DNA of 64,000 nt from Candidatus Poseidoniaceae archaeon (GTDB lineage: Archaea > Thermoplasmatota > Poseidoniia > Poseidoniales > Poseidoniaceae), in NCBI GenBank assembly GCA_949373095.1, contig CASIBY010000001.1:1467-65466 (forward strand), in the 5' to 3' direction. Shown in pieces: positions 1 to 9,657 of this stretch (its first letter is position 1; every line of letters begins with the position of its first letter). The notes beneath the pieces are model-generated. The model made no database searches, was not told the origin of the DNA, and was given only the letters and a program-made list of their open reading frames with translations. The translations under genes and the position numbers were made by a program.

Positions 1-883
1 GCCTGATGCATACGCTGGAGCGCCCGGACCCGTCGCAGGTGTTCTTGCTACAGCAAGCAAAGCAATGGGAATTGTAGGGCTTCTACGCATTCTTCTGGTG
101 GTTGCAGCTCCTGAAGGCATGGAGGATGCAACGACGGTGTGGCTCATCGCTCTGGCGGTCTTGTCCGTCATTACCATGACTTGGGGAAATATTGCAGCTC
201 TTGGTTCAACCAATCCAAAGCGAATGCTTGCTTACTCGTCTGTTGCTCATGCTGGATACATGCTTGCGGCTATTACAGCAATTGGTGCCTTGAACTGGGA
301 TGCCGCTCATGCTGATACGAGCAGAACTGCAGCACTTGCAGTTGTTACAGCGTTGATGTTCCATCTTGTTGTTCTGGTCTGTTTCAAACTTGGAGCCTTC
401 TTGGTTCTCTCTCTTTTGGAATCCGAAAACGGAGGGCACACCCTCGAGTCGTTGGGTGGCTTGGTCAAGCGAGAACCCTTCATCGCCGTTGCTATGTTCA
501 TCTTCATGATGTCTTTAGCAGGTGTTCCACCGCTTGCAGGTTTCCTCTCAAAGCTGCTCGTAATAATGGGTATCGTCAAGGCAGCACTCATCGAATCAAC
601 TGCCTCTGGCAATGTTACGTTTAGTGAAATCCACTGGATTTGGTATCTAGCCCTTATCATGGTAATCAATTCAGCAATTTCAGTCTTCTACTACCTCCGA
701 GTTGGCTTGGTGATGTTCTTCAACGAACCCGAAGAAGGCCGAGAGGGACCGCTTCCACGTGGGACTTCAGTCCGCTTAGCAATCGTAGCCTGTGTGGCTT
801 CAACGATTTACTTCGGTGTTGGCGCAGGGCAACTCATTGCACTATGCGAATCAGCAGCGAATGCCCTTGTTGGGGCATGGTGA
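1..883 (+). CDS. nuoN: NADH-quinone oxidoreductase (complex I-like) subunit N, 5'-truncated by window edge
   Basis: Polytopic protein. The frame is open from the window start (PDAYAGAPGPV...). Contains the NuoN motifs KRMLAYSSVAHAGY, SLAGVPPLAGFLSK and NSAISVFYYLR. Confidence 0.92.
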   Translation, partial: PDAYAGAPGPVAGVLATASKAMGIVGLLRILLVVAAPEGMEDATTVWLIALAVLSVITMTWGNIAALGSTNPKRMLAYSSVAHAGYMLAAITAIGALNWDAAHADTSRTAALAVVTALMFHLVVLVCFKLGAFLVLSLLESENGGHTLESLGGLVKREPFIAVAMFIFMMSLAGVPPLAGFLSKLLVIMGIVKAALIESTASGNVTFSEIHWIWYLALIMVINSAISVFYYLRVGLVMFFNEPEEGREGPLPRGTSVRLAIVACVASTIYFGVGAGQLIALCESAANALVGAW

Positions 884-967
884 ATACATCACGCAGGCGC
901 CCAAAACGCCTTCTTTAGGTGATGACTTCAAGAGGGGTAGGCCGATAGCACAGACAGGTGAGACTGA

Positions 968-1633
968 TTGGGTCGCAGACATGAGGAAAAAGTAGACGTG
1001 GAAGAACTCGCACGTCTTGAGAATCCTGAAGGCTCAAATGACGGTAAAATCCGTGTCAAAATGCCCAACAAGAAAGTGAACGAAATGTTCGCTCTTGCTT
1101 CACAAATCCTCGGAGGTCGTCGTGTGACCGTTCTCTGTGCTGACGGCGAAACCCGAATGGCCCGAATTCCAGGAAAAATGCGACGCCGACAATGGGTCCG
1201 TGAAGGAGACTTGATCATCGTTTGGCCTTGGGACTTCCAAGACGCAAAGGCTGACGTCAAGCACCGCTATACCAAAACTCAAGCAATGTATCTGTCACGA
1301 AAAGGCGTCCTTCCAGACGATGTTGACATGTTCGGAATGAGCACACGCTATGATGATGATGACGAGCACGATGATTTGTTCAGTTCAGCGGGTTCACCTT
1401 CCGAAGAAGTTGCTCAACCCGTAAAGGAAGAGTCAGAAGACCTCTTTGCCGATGACGATGATAGTGACGATCTTTTTGCTGACGACGATGAGGGCGGCGA
1501 CGACTTGTTTGCTGATGAAGAAGAATCAAAGCCTGAAGTTGCTGCTGCTCCAGTTGAGGAATTCCCAGAAGAAGCAAGCGGCGATGACGACGACGACGAT
1601 GACGACGATGACATTGATGCCGTCTTCGCCTGA
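968..1633 (+). CDS. eif1a: Translation initiation factor aIF-1A with long acidic C-terminal extension
   Basis: Signature CADGETRMARIPGKMRRRQWVREGDLIIVWPWDFQ..KADV..RY. TTG start preceded by the SD-like AGGTGA. Lies upstream of RIO1, as is usual in archaea. Confidence 0.95.
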   Translation: MGRRHEEKVDVEELARLENPEGSNDGKIRVKMPNKKVNEMFALASQILGGRRVTVLCADGETRMARIPGKMRRRQWVREGDLIIVWPWDFQDAKADVKHRYTKTQAMYLSRKGVLPDDVDMFGMSTRYDDDDEHDDLFSSAGSPSEEVAQPVKEESEDLFADDDDSDDLFADDDEGGDDLFADEEESKPEVAAAPVEEFPEEASGDDDDDDDDDDIDAVFA

Positions 1634-1656
1634 ACTTGATTCAATGAGGTGCCAGC

Positions 1657-2655
1657 ATGGCCAAGGACGATGAATGGGAAGAACTCGCCCGTCGTCAATC
1701 ACGTAAGCGTCGTCCTCTCAAGAAGGATAAGAAGGGGTCTAAAGAAGAGCAACTTGATTCTGACTTTGAACGTAAGGAGCAAAACGAATTTGTTCGTGAT
1801 TTGGAAGAAAAATCATCAAAGTACGCATGGATGAAAGAAAAGCGTTTCAGCACGATGTTTCGTGATATTGAAGAGAAAATTCAGGGAGCGATGGGTACGG
1901 GTTCCTTCGATTGGGTTGACCGTCGTGTGTTTGATCAAGTGTTCGACCGTTTGACGCTCATGGCCCTTTACAAATTAATGAAAACTGGGGTCATTGACAC
2001 ACTTGACTTTCCAGTTGCACGTGGAAAAGAAGCGCACGTTTTCCATGGGACAAGTCTCTCAGGGGAGCCCGTAGCCGTCAAAATTTTTCACACTTCAAAC
2101 GCTGTATTCAAGAATCTCGTACAGTACATTGAGGGTGACCCCCGCTTCACAGGTTTAAGGCGCAAGCACCGTGATCTGGTTGAAGTATGGGTCCGTAAGG
2201 AACATCGCAACCTCACTCGATTGGCTCGTTGGGGATTGAATGTCCCAATCCCAAGAGGTATCCACAAGAACGTTCTCATCATGGATTATCTTGGTACCAA
2301 AAATTCTCCTTCACCAAAACTTCGTGAAGTTCTTGTTGATGACCCTCAGTCTGTATACGAAGATTTGCTCGAATTCCTTGCCGTTTCATGGCAGAAGGCA
2401 AATTTGGTTCACGGAGATTTTTCTCCGTACAATATTCTCTGGCATGACGGCCGTGCAAAAGTGATTGATGTCGGGCAAGGTGTGGTTGAAAGCCATCCCA
2501 AATCACAAGAATTCCTCGTTAGGGATGTAACTCGGCTTGTTGAATGGGGGCAGAAAAACAATCTAGATGTAGACCTTCCAGAAGCGATGTATGAGGTTCT
2601 TAACATGGATTTGTCTCACGTGAAACAAATTGAACTTCCAGAAGAATGGAATTGA
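1657..2655 (+). CDS. rio1: RIO1 family Ser/Thr kinase/ATPase
   Basis: GKEAHVFHG, AVKIF, LVHGDFSPYNIL and IDVGQ motifs. Conserved synteny with aIF-1A and the KH protein. Confidence 0.95.
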   Translation: MAKDDEWEELARRQSRKRRPLKKDKKGSKEEQLDSDFERKEQNEFVRDLEEKSSKYAWMKEKRFSTMFRDIEEKIQGAMGTGSFDWVDRRVFDQVFDRLTLMALYKLMKTGVIDTLDFPVARGKEAHVFHGTSLSGEPVAVKIFHTSNAVFKNLVQYIEGDPRFTGLRRKHRDLVEVWVRKEHRNLTRLARWGLNVPIPRGIHKNVLIMDYLGTKNSPSPKLREVLVDDPQSVYEDLLEFLAVSWQKANLVHGDFSPYNILWHDGRAKVIDVGQGVVESHPKSQEFLVRDVTRLVEWGQKNNLDVDLPEAMYEVLNMDLSHVKQIELPEEWN

Positions 2656-3405
2656 TCATTCTTCTTCCCAGTTGACTGTCTCGTCTTCTGCCAGTTCCAT
2701 CATATCTGAAACGGCATCACCATCTTCGGGGTCAACCTGTGATGCTCGCATTCTGCGATGATTTCGGCTATCTGATATTTCAGCAAGACCGGGGACGAGA
2801 CTGTCAAAGCCTGATGTAGGACGTTGTGTGTCTTCTCGCTCTTCAAATGCGTCAAGTGATTTAGATTCAAGACGTGCTCGTTTGCGATCCCGTTCAAGGA
2901 AACTGATGACACTGCCGTGTTCCGAGCCGCCCGCTAACATCTCAATGGCGTGTCGGGCTGAGTACAATCCACCTTCCTCTCCAACGAGGACCACGGTTGA
3001 ATTGTAGATGCTGATTTGAGTCTGTGTCAGATTCTCAATGAGTTTCCGAATCTTCCCTTCCCGCCCAATAATTCGGGCACGAATTCGCCGTTGTTGGTTG
3101 GACCGCTTTCCGACGAAATCGCGAAGGTCAATAATTTCGAAAAAGTGGTCATCTTCGAGAAGCGTAACGGCTGCGTTCGGCGCCATGCCCCGACCGATCG
3201 CTTTGACAACATCTGGGAGTTTCATAGCCTTGACGGGGTCGTAAGAGCCTACATCGCCCCAGAGAACTTCAATATCCCCATGGTCCGAATCAATGTTGAA
3301 CTCTTTACAACCTGCAGCCTTCCTGATGGCTCTCGCTGTTTCACCCTTGGCTCCAATGATAACCGCAATGCGGTCTTTGGGCACCCGTGGTAGGGACTGT
3401 CGCAT
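2656..3405 (-). CDS. KH-domain rRNA-processing protein (Dim2/Pno1/KRR1 family)
   Basis: PKDRIAVIIGAKG, DVVKAIGRGM, RIRARIIGREGK and AIEML.GGSEHG motifs. Start placed at ATG 3405 (MRQSL). Confidence 0.92.
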   Translation of the reverse strand: MRQSLPRVPKDRIAVIIGAKGETARAIRKAAGCKEFNIDSDHGDIEVLWGDVGSYDPVKAMKLPDVVKAIGRGMAPNAAVTLLEDDHFFEIIDLRDFVGKRSNQQRRIRARIIGREGKIRKLIENLTQTQISIYNSTVVLVGEEGGLYSARHAIEMLAGGSEHGSVISFLERDRKRARLESKSLDAFEEREDTQRPTSGFDSLVPGLAEISDSRNHRRMRASQVDPEDGDAVSDMMELAEDETVNWEEE

Positions 3406-3430
3406 GGCTAACCCTGCGGCCCTTCTCTTT

Positions 3431-5266
3431 TCAATCCCTTGTCTTCCGCTGGAGCAAGGACAACCCAAACCCAACAAGGATGATGAGGAGTAATGATGGG
3501 GCAAACGAAGGAACGGTTCCAGGGGCGTCGAGGGACGCTCCGGTTACAACGAGATAATTCGCATTGTTGCTTTCATCGAATTCATCAATAACGTTTGCAA
3601 AATCGATGACAAGACGCAAATCAAACTGTCCCGATGTTGGGACAGTATAGTACCATGTCACGGTCTCTGTACTGTTTGAGAGCGTACCCAAGGGAAGATT
3701 TCGGGTTTCCATTACCGTCCACTCAACCGTTGAGGAACGGTCGGCAGGAGCTGATTCCAGGCGAACGATAACGCTCCCTGGATAATCTTGATTTGATTCG
3801 AGTACGCTCGTAATGGTGATGTTTCCGTTTTGTTCTCCTGGTCGTACGACCAATCGGTCAAGATTTGTTTGAGTTGCATTCCAATAGAGGTCTAATCCAG
3901 GGAGGATTTGGAAGGAAGCGGATTCAGTGGTGTAGGTATTGCCTGCCTCATCTTGTAAGAACGCCCTTAGCATAATGTGCTGGCGGGATTTTGTCACCCA
4001 GCTGGACAGGCCAATCTGTCCGTCAAGTCCGTTGACGCCTAAATTCAACCATCGGCCTGAAATATCCGGAGTTTGACCAACACCGTTGGAATCGAATCCA
4101 TACTGAATGTAGGAGGAAACATTATCCATTCCAGAACCGAGGTCTTCAGCGCTAAAAGAAACGTTTGCTGGACCGATTCTGCTGGTTGTAAGTTCGTCAA
4201 CAGTCCATCCGAGTGGTATAGGGTCCGTTTCATCTACGTTAATTTCAATCGTTTGGTTAGCACCAATATTCCCTACACGGTCAATGGCTCGAACAATGAG
4301 TTCATGGGTTCCCTCGGCAAAGGAGAGAGTCAATGAGTCGCTCGTTGTAGTGGTCCAAGATGAAGCTCCTGTGGCCATGTATTGGATGCTCTCAACCCCG
4401 GAACCTTGTCCGTCGTTGGCTGAAGTCATGATGTTACTGAGGGTGATGCTTCCAGAACGGTGCCATGTTGAGCCGTCACCAACAGTAATCGCTCCAATAG
4501 ATGGCCCTGTACGGTCAATGCCAATGTGGAATGTTGAGGTGTTAGAAAGTCCGGATTGGTCGTATACAGTGAGTCGGGGGGACCATGTGCCTTCGGGCAT
4601 ATTGCCTGAAGCCCAATCCCATCCATACGCCAGCGAAGTAGGCCCGTCGGTTGCTGGAGTTCCCGGTCCTGGGACCGTTGTGAGTGTTGCCTGTTTCAAA
4701 TCATCGTCGTTTGCACCCCAGCGGAAAGAAATTGTTCCTTGAGCGGGTATGTTGAACCATGCACGGTCGTTGATCGAGCTACCATTGCCAGCATTGGGGT
4801 TTAGCGCCGTGAAGATGGTAATCTCGGGAACCTGATTTGTGATATTGAAGGAGCCAGAAAGAGTGGTCGTATTGGCTTCTGCATCACTGTCCCAGCCGGT
4901 TGCTCGTAAGGTGTAACTTCCGTTCGTGTAATCGGTGCTGTCGAACGGGTACATCCAAGGCGTCTCGGTCAGGTTGACGACCGAACTGTAAACGGGTGTT
5001 GAGGTTGAGATGTCGTCATCGGTAATTTCGAGTAACAGGGAATCCAGTGTTCCGGTTCCAGTGATGCTGAAGGTTAGCGTTTGAAGCCCGGTAATGTTAT
5101 CATCTTGTGTGGGGCCATTTGAGAATGCAATAGAAAGACTCGAGGAGCCACTTTCAAAGGGCATAATGGCATCAGAGAGGGGCGATGTGTCTCCTTGCTG
5201 GGGCAGTGGAGCAGTCCCAGCGAAGAGGATGAGCACAAGCAAGATGCCCATACGACTCCGTCCCAT
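3431..5266 (-). CDS. Cell-surface Ig-like/CARDB domain protein with C-terminal sorting signal and TM anchor
   Basis: Signal peptide, Ig-like repeats (IVRAIDRVGN, LQDEAGN), CARDB end (IDEFDESNN), then VPSF + hydrophobic helix + basic tail. TTGAAG element upstream supports start 5266. Confidence 0.75.
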   Translation of the reverse strand: MGRSRMGILLVLILFAGTAPLPQQGDTSPLSDAIMPFESGSSSLSIAFSNGPTQDDNITGLQTLTFSITGTGTLDSLLLEITDDDISTSTPVYSSVVNLTETPWMYPFDSTDYTNGSYTLRATGWDSDAEANTTTLSGSFNITNQVPEITIFTALNPNAGNGSSINDRAWFNIPAQGTISFRWGANDDDLKQATLTTVPGPGTPATDGPTSLAYGWDWASGNMPEGTWSPRLTVYDQSGLSNTSTFHIGIDRTGPSIGAITVGDGSTWHRSGSITLSNIMTSANDGQGSGVESIQYMATGASSWTTTTSDSLTLSFAEGTHELIVRAIDRVGNIGANQTIEINVDETDPIPLGWTVDELTTSRIGPANVSFSAEDLGSGMDNVSSYIQYGFDSNGVGQTPDISGRWLNLGVNGLDGQIGLSSWVTKSRQHIMLRAFLQDEAGNTYTTESASFQILPGLDLYWNATQTNLDRLVVRPGEQNGNITITSVLESNQDYPGSVIVRLESAPADRSSTVEWTVMETRNLPLGTLSNSTETVTWYYTVPTSGQFDLRLVIDFANVIDEFDESNNANYLVVTGASLDAPGTVPSFAPSLLLIILVGFGLSLLQRKTRD

Positions 5267-5437
5267 GCATTCACGACAGGTGCGATTGTCCTTCAATCCT
5301 CCCCTCCGTTTCTGCCTTCATTTACTCTTTCGGGCTTTCATACACCCTCCCGTATAATGTATTCAACGAAGAAGCACTGCGCTTAAACGGGCCAAGAAGA
5401 GATGGGTTCAAGTGCTTTGCATGTGCAAGTGTTATCC

Positions 5438-8263
5438 ATGCAGAGAACACCGAAGGCCGCCATCATCGTAGCCTTGTTATTGGTCACTTTGATTCCACTC
5501 CCCGTTCAAGCCGGCGACAGTGGAGGAGTTCAATCGTCTGTAGCTCAACTTGCATTGACTCCAGAAAACCCTGTCATGGGGGGCTCTGTGGACATCGAAG
5601 TTGGATTGTATAACAGCGCCCTAAGCGATGCGTTTGACGTCCAAGTTGCTTTTTACAAAAACTCAATTGCGACTCAGAACCGTCTTCTTCAAGATGAAAT
5701 AAACATTCCTGGAGAAAGTTTTGTCACGGTAAGTGTCACGTGGAATGGATTGACGGAAGGAGTGCAAAAGGTTTGGTTTGAATTTAGTGCTGGAGGCGAT
5801 ATTCCGGTTTCATTTAAAGAAGAATTTACAGTTCAGGGCCTACCTAACCTTCGAATTGATACCGCTTCAGTTGACCAAACTCAAGCGGTTTATTCTGGCG
5901 ATACCGTTGACTTCTCTGCTCTCGTGTTGAATTCAGGTTCGGTAGACGCAGGAGCTAGTAATATGTTGCTTAGCGTTCCAGAATCTGCCGATGTGATTCT
6001 CTCAACACCAGCACTTGTCGCAGGTTCTTCTGCTTGGGTCAACACCACCATTACCGCTCCTAGCAGTGGAATACATATGATTGAGGCAACACCAGATATT
6101 GACAATTTAATTTACGAGGCCTCAGAAATCGGAAAAACAGAGTCCGTTCAGTTGGTTGTTTCTAGCCGGATGGACCTTTCGTTCAAAGACGGTCTAACCG
6201 TTACAAGTGACGCGGAAGCACTCGAAGGGCCATGGTTGATTTCGGGAACGATTGTTCGCACTAATGGGACTGGAGCAGCAAACATCCCGATGGTTCTTGA
6301 AATCAACAACCCACTTGGCGGGGTAGTCATGGGCGCTCCCTTCACGGTACAAATTTTAGGAACAGGCTATGCAGAACAAGCCTTTTCGGCAGAACTGAAT
6401 TCCTCAACCATCGGTTCTCTACCCGACGGGGACCACGTTGTCACAGCGCGAATTAATCCGTTTGACGAAGTTGGTTTTGAACAAGAGTCAACCGATAATG
6501 ATGAAGCTTCTGGCATGCTTACTATCTCTCCAATTCCAGATGTGAACGTCGATCCTCCGCTTTGTACTGCATGTACCGTTCAATCGGGTGATGATGTTGA
6601 ATGGCGTATCACCGTAACCAATACTGGAGATAAAGCCGTACGAGGATACATTGAGTATACATTTGACGGAATTAACGGACAATCGCCTCAAATCACCCTT
6701 ACTGACGGAGAGATTCTGACTTGGACCGTAAGTTTACCAACCAACTTAGGAGAGCATGAAGCACTCTTCAACGGCAATTGGGTTGCGGCAGAAGGAAGTT
6801 GGGATGACAACAAGCAAAACTCGAAGTTTTCAACATCTGCTCAAGTTGAATCAAAATTGAAGTTAAGTTGGGAATATGCCTCCTTACAAATCATTGATGC
6901 TGACAACCAGTCAGTTGGAAGTCCTCTTCAGGACGGAGCAGCATACACGCTTTCTATCAATATGACAAGTAAAGAAACGGGTAGTGCAAATTTCACATGT
7001 GCTGACGGGTCGGGAAATATCCTCGCAACCTTGGCGACAAATGTTGCAGAGCGTGGAGATCGTGTGTCTCTATCATGCACCTTTACAGCAACTGCAGCAA
7101 TGACAACCCTCCGTATTATTCCAGATGAAACCAGTATTGCCGACCTCTTTAGCATGTCCTTTACGACATTAGCTTCAACCGAGGGTGCAGATGATGCAGG
7201 CTCATCAGAAGCAGGAACTATGACGCTGTTTGGTATTGGAGCCCTCATTCTTGTTGCCGTTCTCGTTGCAGCCATTCTCCTCACCCGGGAGCGCGAGGAA
7301 GAGGTTGAGCGAGACATCTTCGACTACTGCCCTTCCTGCGATGGAGAACTCGAAGGAACCGAGGACAAATGTCCCCACTGTTCCTTCAACCTCAAGAAAG
7401 CCCGAAGTCAGTTCCACGATTGCAAGGAATGTGGAGAATCAATTCCCGACTTGTTGGACAATTGCGCATACTGTGGAGCGGAGCAAGATGTTTCGTCTTA
7501 CTTTGAACAACGAGAACGCAAAGAACGTAAGGAAGTCGTCAAAGAGACGGTTGCCCTTCCAGAGGAAGAAGACGAAGATAGAATCGTTACCGGAACTCAA
7601 AACTTTGCTGAGACCGTCAAAGAATTCGGATTTGATGAAGAACACCTCGAGGAAGAGTGGGATGCAAATATCGAAGCTGCTGAAGCTGAAGTTGAGGCTG
7701 CATATGACCGCCGCTATGCTGACGAGATTGCCCTAGAAGATATGACTGAAGAAGAGGTTGAAACCTACAAGTCTCAAGTCGTTACAACACTCAAGTCGTC
7801 CCGGGATGAATCGCCCGATCACGACTTTGAGGCGATTCTCGCATCCAAGGGTGAATTGCGTTCATTGGCTAAGGAAGATGGGGAATTAAGCGCATCAGAT
7901 GCTAGTATCAGAGAACGTTTGTTCGAAATCACCGGTGAAGACGGTGTTTTGCCCGGTGAGAAGGTTACGGTCGGCATGACCCTTACCGACTCTGCTCTTG
8001 CTGGTAATGAAGTGGCTGAAGCAACGACAAACTTCTCGTTTGAAGATGATGATTTGCCCCTCTCGGCCTCTACCAAGACGGCTGACGAGCAACGAGAGGA
8101 TTCCAAAGCACGCAAACCTGTTCGCCGCCGAAGTGCACGTCAACGCAAGAAGGAAGAAGCAGGAAAAGATGTTGCTGAACAAACTTCCGAATGTGGAGCT
8201 TGTGGCGCAGAACTACCTCTTGATGCGGAGGAATGTGGGACCTGCGGTGCACGGTTTAGTTGA
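5438..8263 (+). CDS. Single-pass membrane protein: extracellular CARDB/Ig domains; cytoplasmic zinc ribbons and acidic region
   Basis: Signal peptide, CARDB motifs (LPNLRID...VLNSG, STDNDEAS), one TM, four CxxC pairs, an acidic tract and C-terminal CGACG..CGTCG. TTCAAG at 5407 supports the start. Confidence 0.8.
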   Translation: MQRTPKAAIIVALLLVTLIPLPVQAGDSGGVQSSVAQLALTPENPVMGGSVDIEVGLYNSALSDAFDVQVAFYKNSIATQNRLLQDEINIPGESFVTVSVTWNGLTEGVQKVWFEFSAGGDIPVSFKEEFTVQGLPNLRIDTASVDQTQAVYSGDTVDFSALVLNSGSVDAGASNMLLSVPESADVILSTPALVAGSSAWVNTTITAPSSGIHMIEATPDIDNLIYEASEIGKTESVQLVVSSRMDLSFKDGLTVTSDAEALEGPWLISGTIVRTNGTGAANIPMVLEINNPLGGVVMGAPFTVQILGTGYAEQAFSAELNSSTIGSLPDGDHVVTARINPFDEVGFEQESTDNDEASGMLTISPIPDVNVDPPLCTACTVQSGDDVEWRITVTNTGDKAVRGYIEYTFDGINGQSPQITLTDGEILTWTVSLPTNLGEHEALFNGNWVAAEGSWDDNKQNSKFSTSAQVESKLKLSWEYASLQIIDADNQSVGSPLQDGAAYTLSINMTSKETGSANFTCADGSGNILATLATNVAERGDRVSLSCTFTATAAMTTLRIIPDETSIADLFSMSFTTLASTEGADDAGSSEAGTMTLFGIGALILVAVLVAAILLTREREEEVERDIFDYCPSCDGELEGTEDKCPHCSFNLKKARSQFHDCKECGESIPDLLDNCAYCGAEQDVSSYFEQRERKERKEVVKETVALPEEEDEDRIVTGTQNFAETVKEFGFDEEHLEEEWDANIEAAEAEVEAAYDRRYADEIALEDMTEEEVETYKSQVVTTLKSSRDESPDHDFEAILASKGELRSLAKEDGELSASDASIRERLFEITGEDGVLPGEKVTVGMTLTDSALAGNEVAEATTNFSFEDDDLPLSASTKTADEQREDSKARKPVRRRSARQRKKEEAGKDVAEQTSECGACGAELPLDAEECGTCGARFS

Positions 8264-8265
8264 GC

Positions 8266-8329
8266 GTCTGTCAGCGTTCATAGGGTTCGTCATCGCCGTG
8301 GCTCGGCCTTGTGCTCGCTTCATTCAGAC
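8266..8329 (-). ncRNA. Box C/D guide sRNA (putative)
   Basis: Minus strand reads GUCUG-A-AUGAAG-CGAGCACAAGG-CCGA-GCCACGGC-GAUGACGA-ACCCUAUGAACG-CUGA-CAGAC: a 5-bp terminal stem, C, D', C' and D boxes, and 11-12 nt guides. TTCAAG element 23 nt upstream. Intergenic. Confidence 0.72.
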
Positions 8330-8412
8330 ATCGGCCGGTTGCCCTTCATCCACTTGAACTCAACGGAAACACTCTGTCGCGGAATTGATAGGGGCCATCA
8401 TCTTCGGTAGGC

Positions 8413-8958
8413 ATGATGAGGCAACAAGGTAAGGTCTTGGCGTTGTTGTTAACAGCCCTGCTTTGCTCTATGTCCGGATGCTTGAGTTTAATTGCGGCAA
8501 GAGAAACCGTGGAGAATTTGAGGCCTGAGGCATATGAGAGTCTTGATTATACCAAAATTGAGGTCGCTCATACATTCACTGTTGTGAGTTTTGAAGAATT
8601 CACCAACCGTTCCACCTTCCTTGTAGACGGTTCTACGACAGAGGTTCGCATTTACTTCAAGGCAAGTTTTTCGTTTTCCGATACCCTGCCGTCCGACAAT
8701 ACCACTCGCTATGTCCGTGCAACTCTAACCGATGGTGACGGAAACATTGCCTGGGAACAGGACGTAAGTGAGGATTCCTCGCCACTTGAAGAACGGCTTT
8801 CGCCAAACCCCACTTTTGCTGAAGGTGATTGGGTACTGGACGTTAAGGCTCGCGGATGGGGAGAGAGCACCTTTGGAACGATTCAAGACAACTTCAATAT
8901 TCTCGTAACTGTAACAAATACTTGCATGCAATATCCTCTTGTTGAAGAGTGCTCCTGA
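8413..8958 (+). CDS. Hypothetical lipoprotein
   Basis: Lipobox-like signal (LLCSMSGC) and a beta-rich body (EGDWVLDVKARG). Confidence 0.7.
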   Translation: MMRQQGKVLALLLTALLCSMSGCLSLIAARETVENLRPEAYESLDYTKIEVAHTFTVVSFEEFTNRSTFLVDGSTTEVRIYFKASFSFSDTLPSDNTTRYVRATLTDGDGNIAWEQDVSEDSSPLEERLSPNPTFAEGDWVLDVKARGWGESTFGTIQDNFNILVTVTNTCMQYPLVEECS

Positions 8959-8976
8959 TTCGTATTGATATGCGTC

Positions 8977-9459
8977 TTAGGAATCTGTTGGTCGCATTAA
9001 CATCGTAACCGATTTGGTATCGTGATGGAGAACTCCAACCTCTTCAAACAGAAATCTTGAGTGAAAGCGCATCGAGCCAGGGTTTGGAGGCTTCAGGCTC
9101 ACCTCTGCTGCAACGGGTGCACTGATGTTCATGGCTATCTCAACAACGAAGTCGTACAGGAGGGTCCCTATGTTCTTGTTTCTATGCTGCTTTGAAACTG
9201 CAATACGGTCCACATAAACGAACGAATCGTATTTGTCATTGAACCAAGAATAATTCGGACTAGCATACTGGGTTCCTGGAGGCATGCAAATCACAAAACC
9301 AAGAAGTTCATCATGCTCAAAGATTCCAACTGCAAATGAAGCTAATCTGAGCAACTCCTCTAGTTCTTCATGGCTCACCTCCCCAGTCCCGGGTAAGCCT
9401 TGTTGATTGATTTTCCAAATAGCCGAGATGTCCTTTTCCCTCAACTCTTTGATCTCCAT
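8977..9459 (-). CDS. GNAT family N-acetyltransferase
   Basis: FVYVDRIAVSKQHRNKNIGTLLY (motif A) and PPNPGSMRFH (motif B). Confidence 0.9.
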   Translation of the reverse strand: MEIKELREKDISAIWKINQQGLPGTGEVSHEELEELLRLASFAVGIFEHDELLGFVICMPPGTQYASPNYSWFNDKYDSFVYVDRIAVSKQHRNKNIGTLLYDFVVEIAMNISAPVAAEVSLKPPNPGSMRFHSRFLFEEVGVLHHDTKSVTMLMRPTDS

Positions 9460-9657
9460 GCGAAAGTCTCGGGATTGGAGTATATTGCTTCTCTCTCCTG
9501 TAGTGTTGTTATCGGGGTCACTTCAGGCCATTTATTCCTGTTCAGCCGGTATTGCGTCAGCCCGATTAAGCACTCAATCAAACAATGATTCGTTGAGCAT
9601 TGACAGTACCACGGGGGATACTCGTCCATTGATGTAGAGATGCTACCAGGTACCTCT

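Noticed and set aside
1440..1620. GAC/GAT trinucleotide runs as a microsatellite
   Set aside because: They are explained by the poly-Asp coding of the aIF-1A tail.
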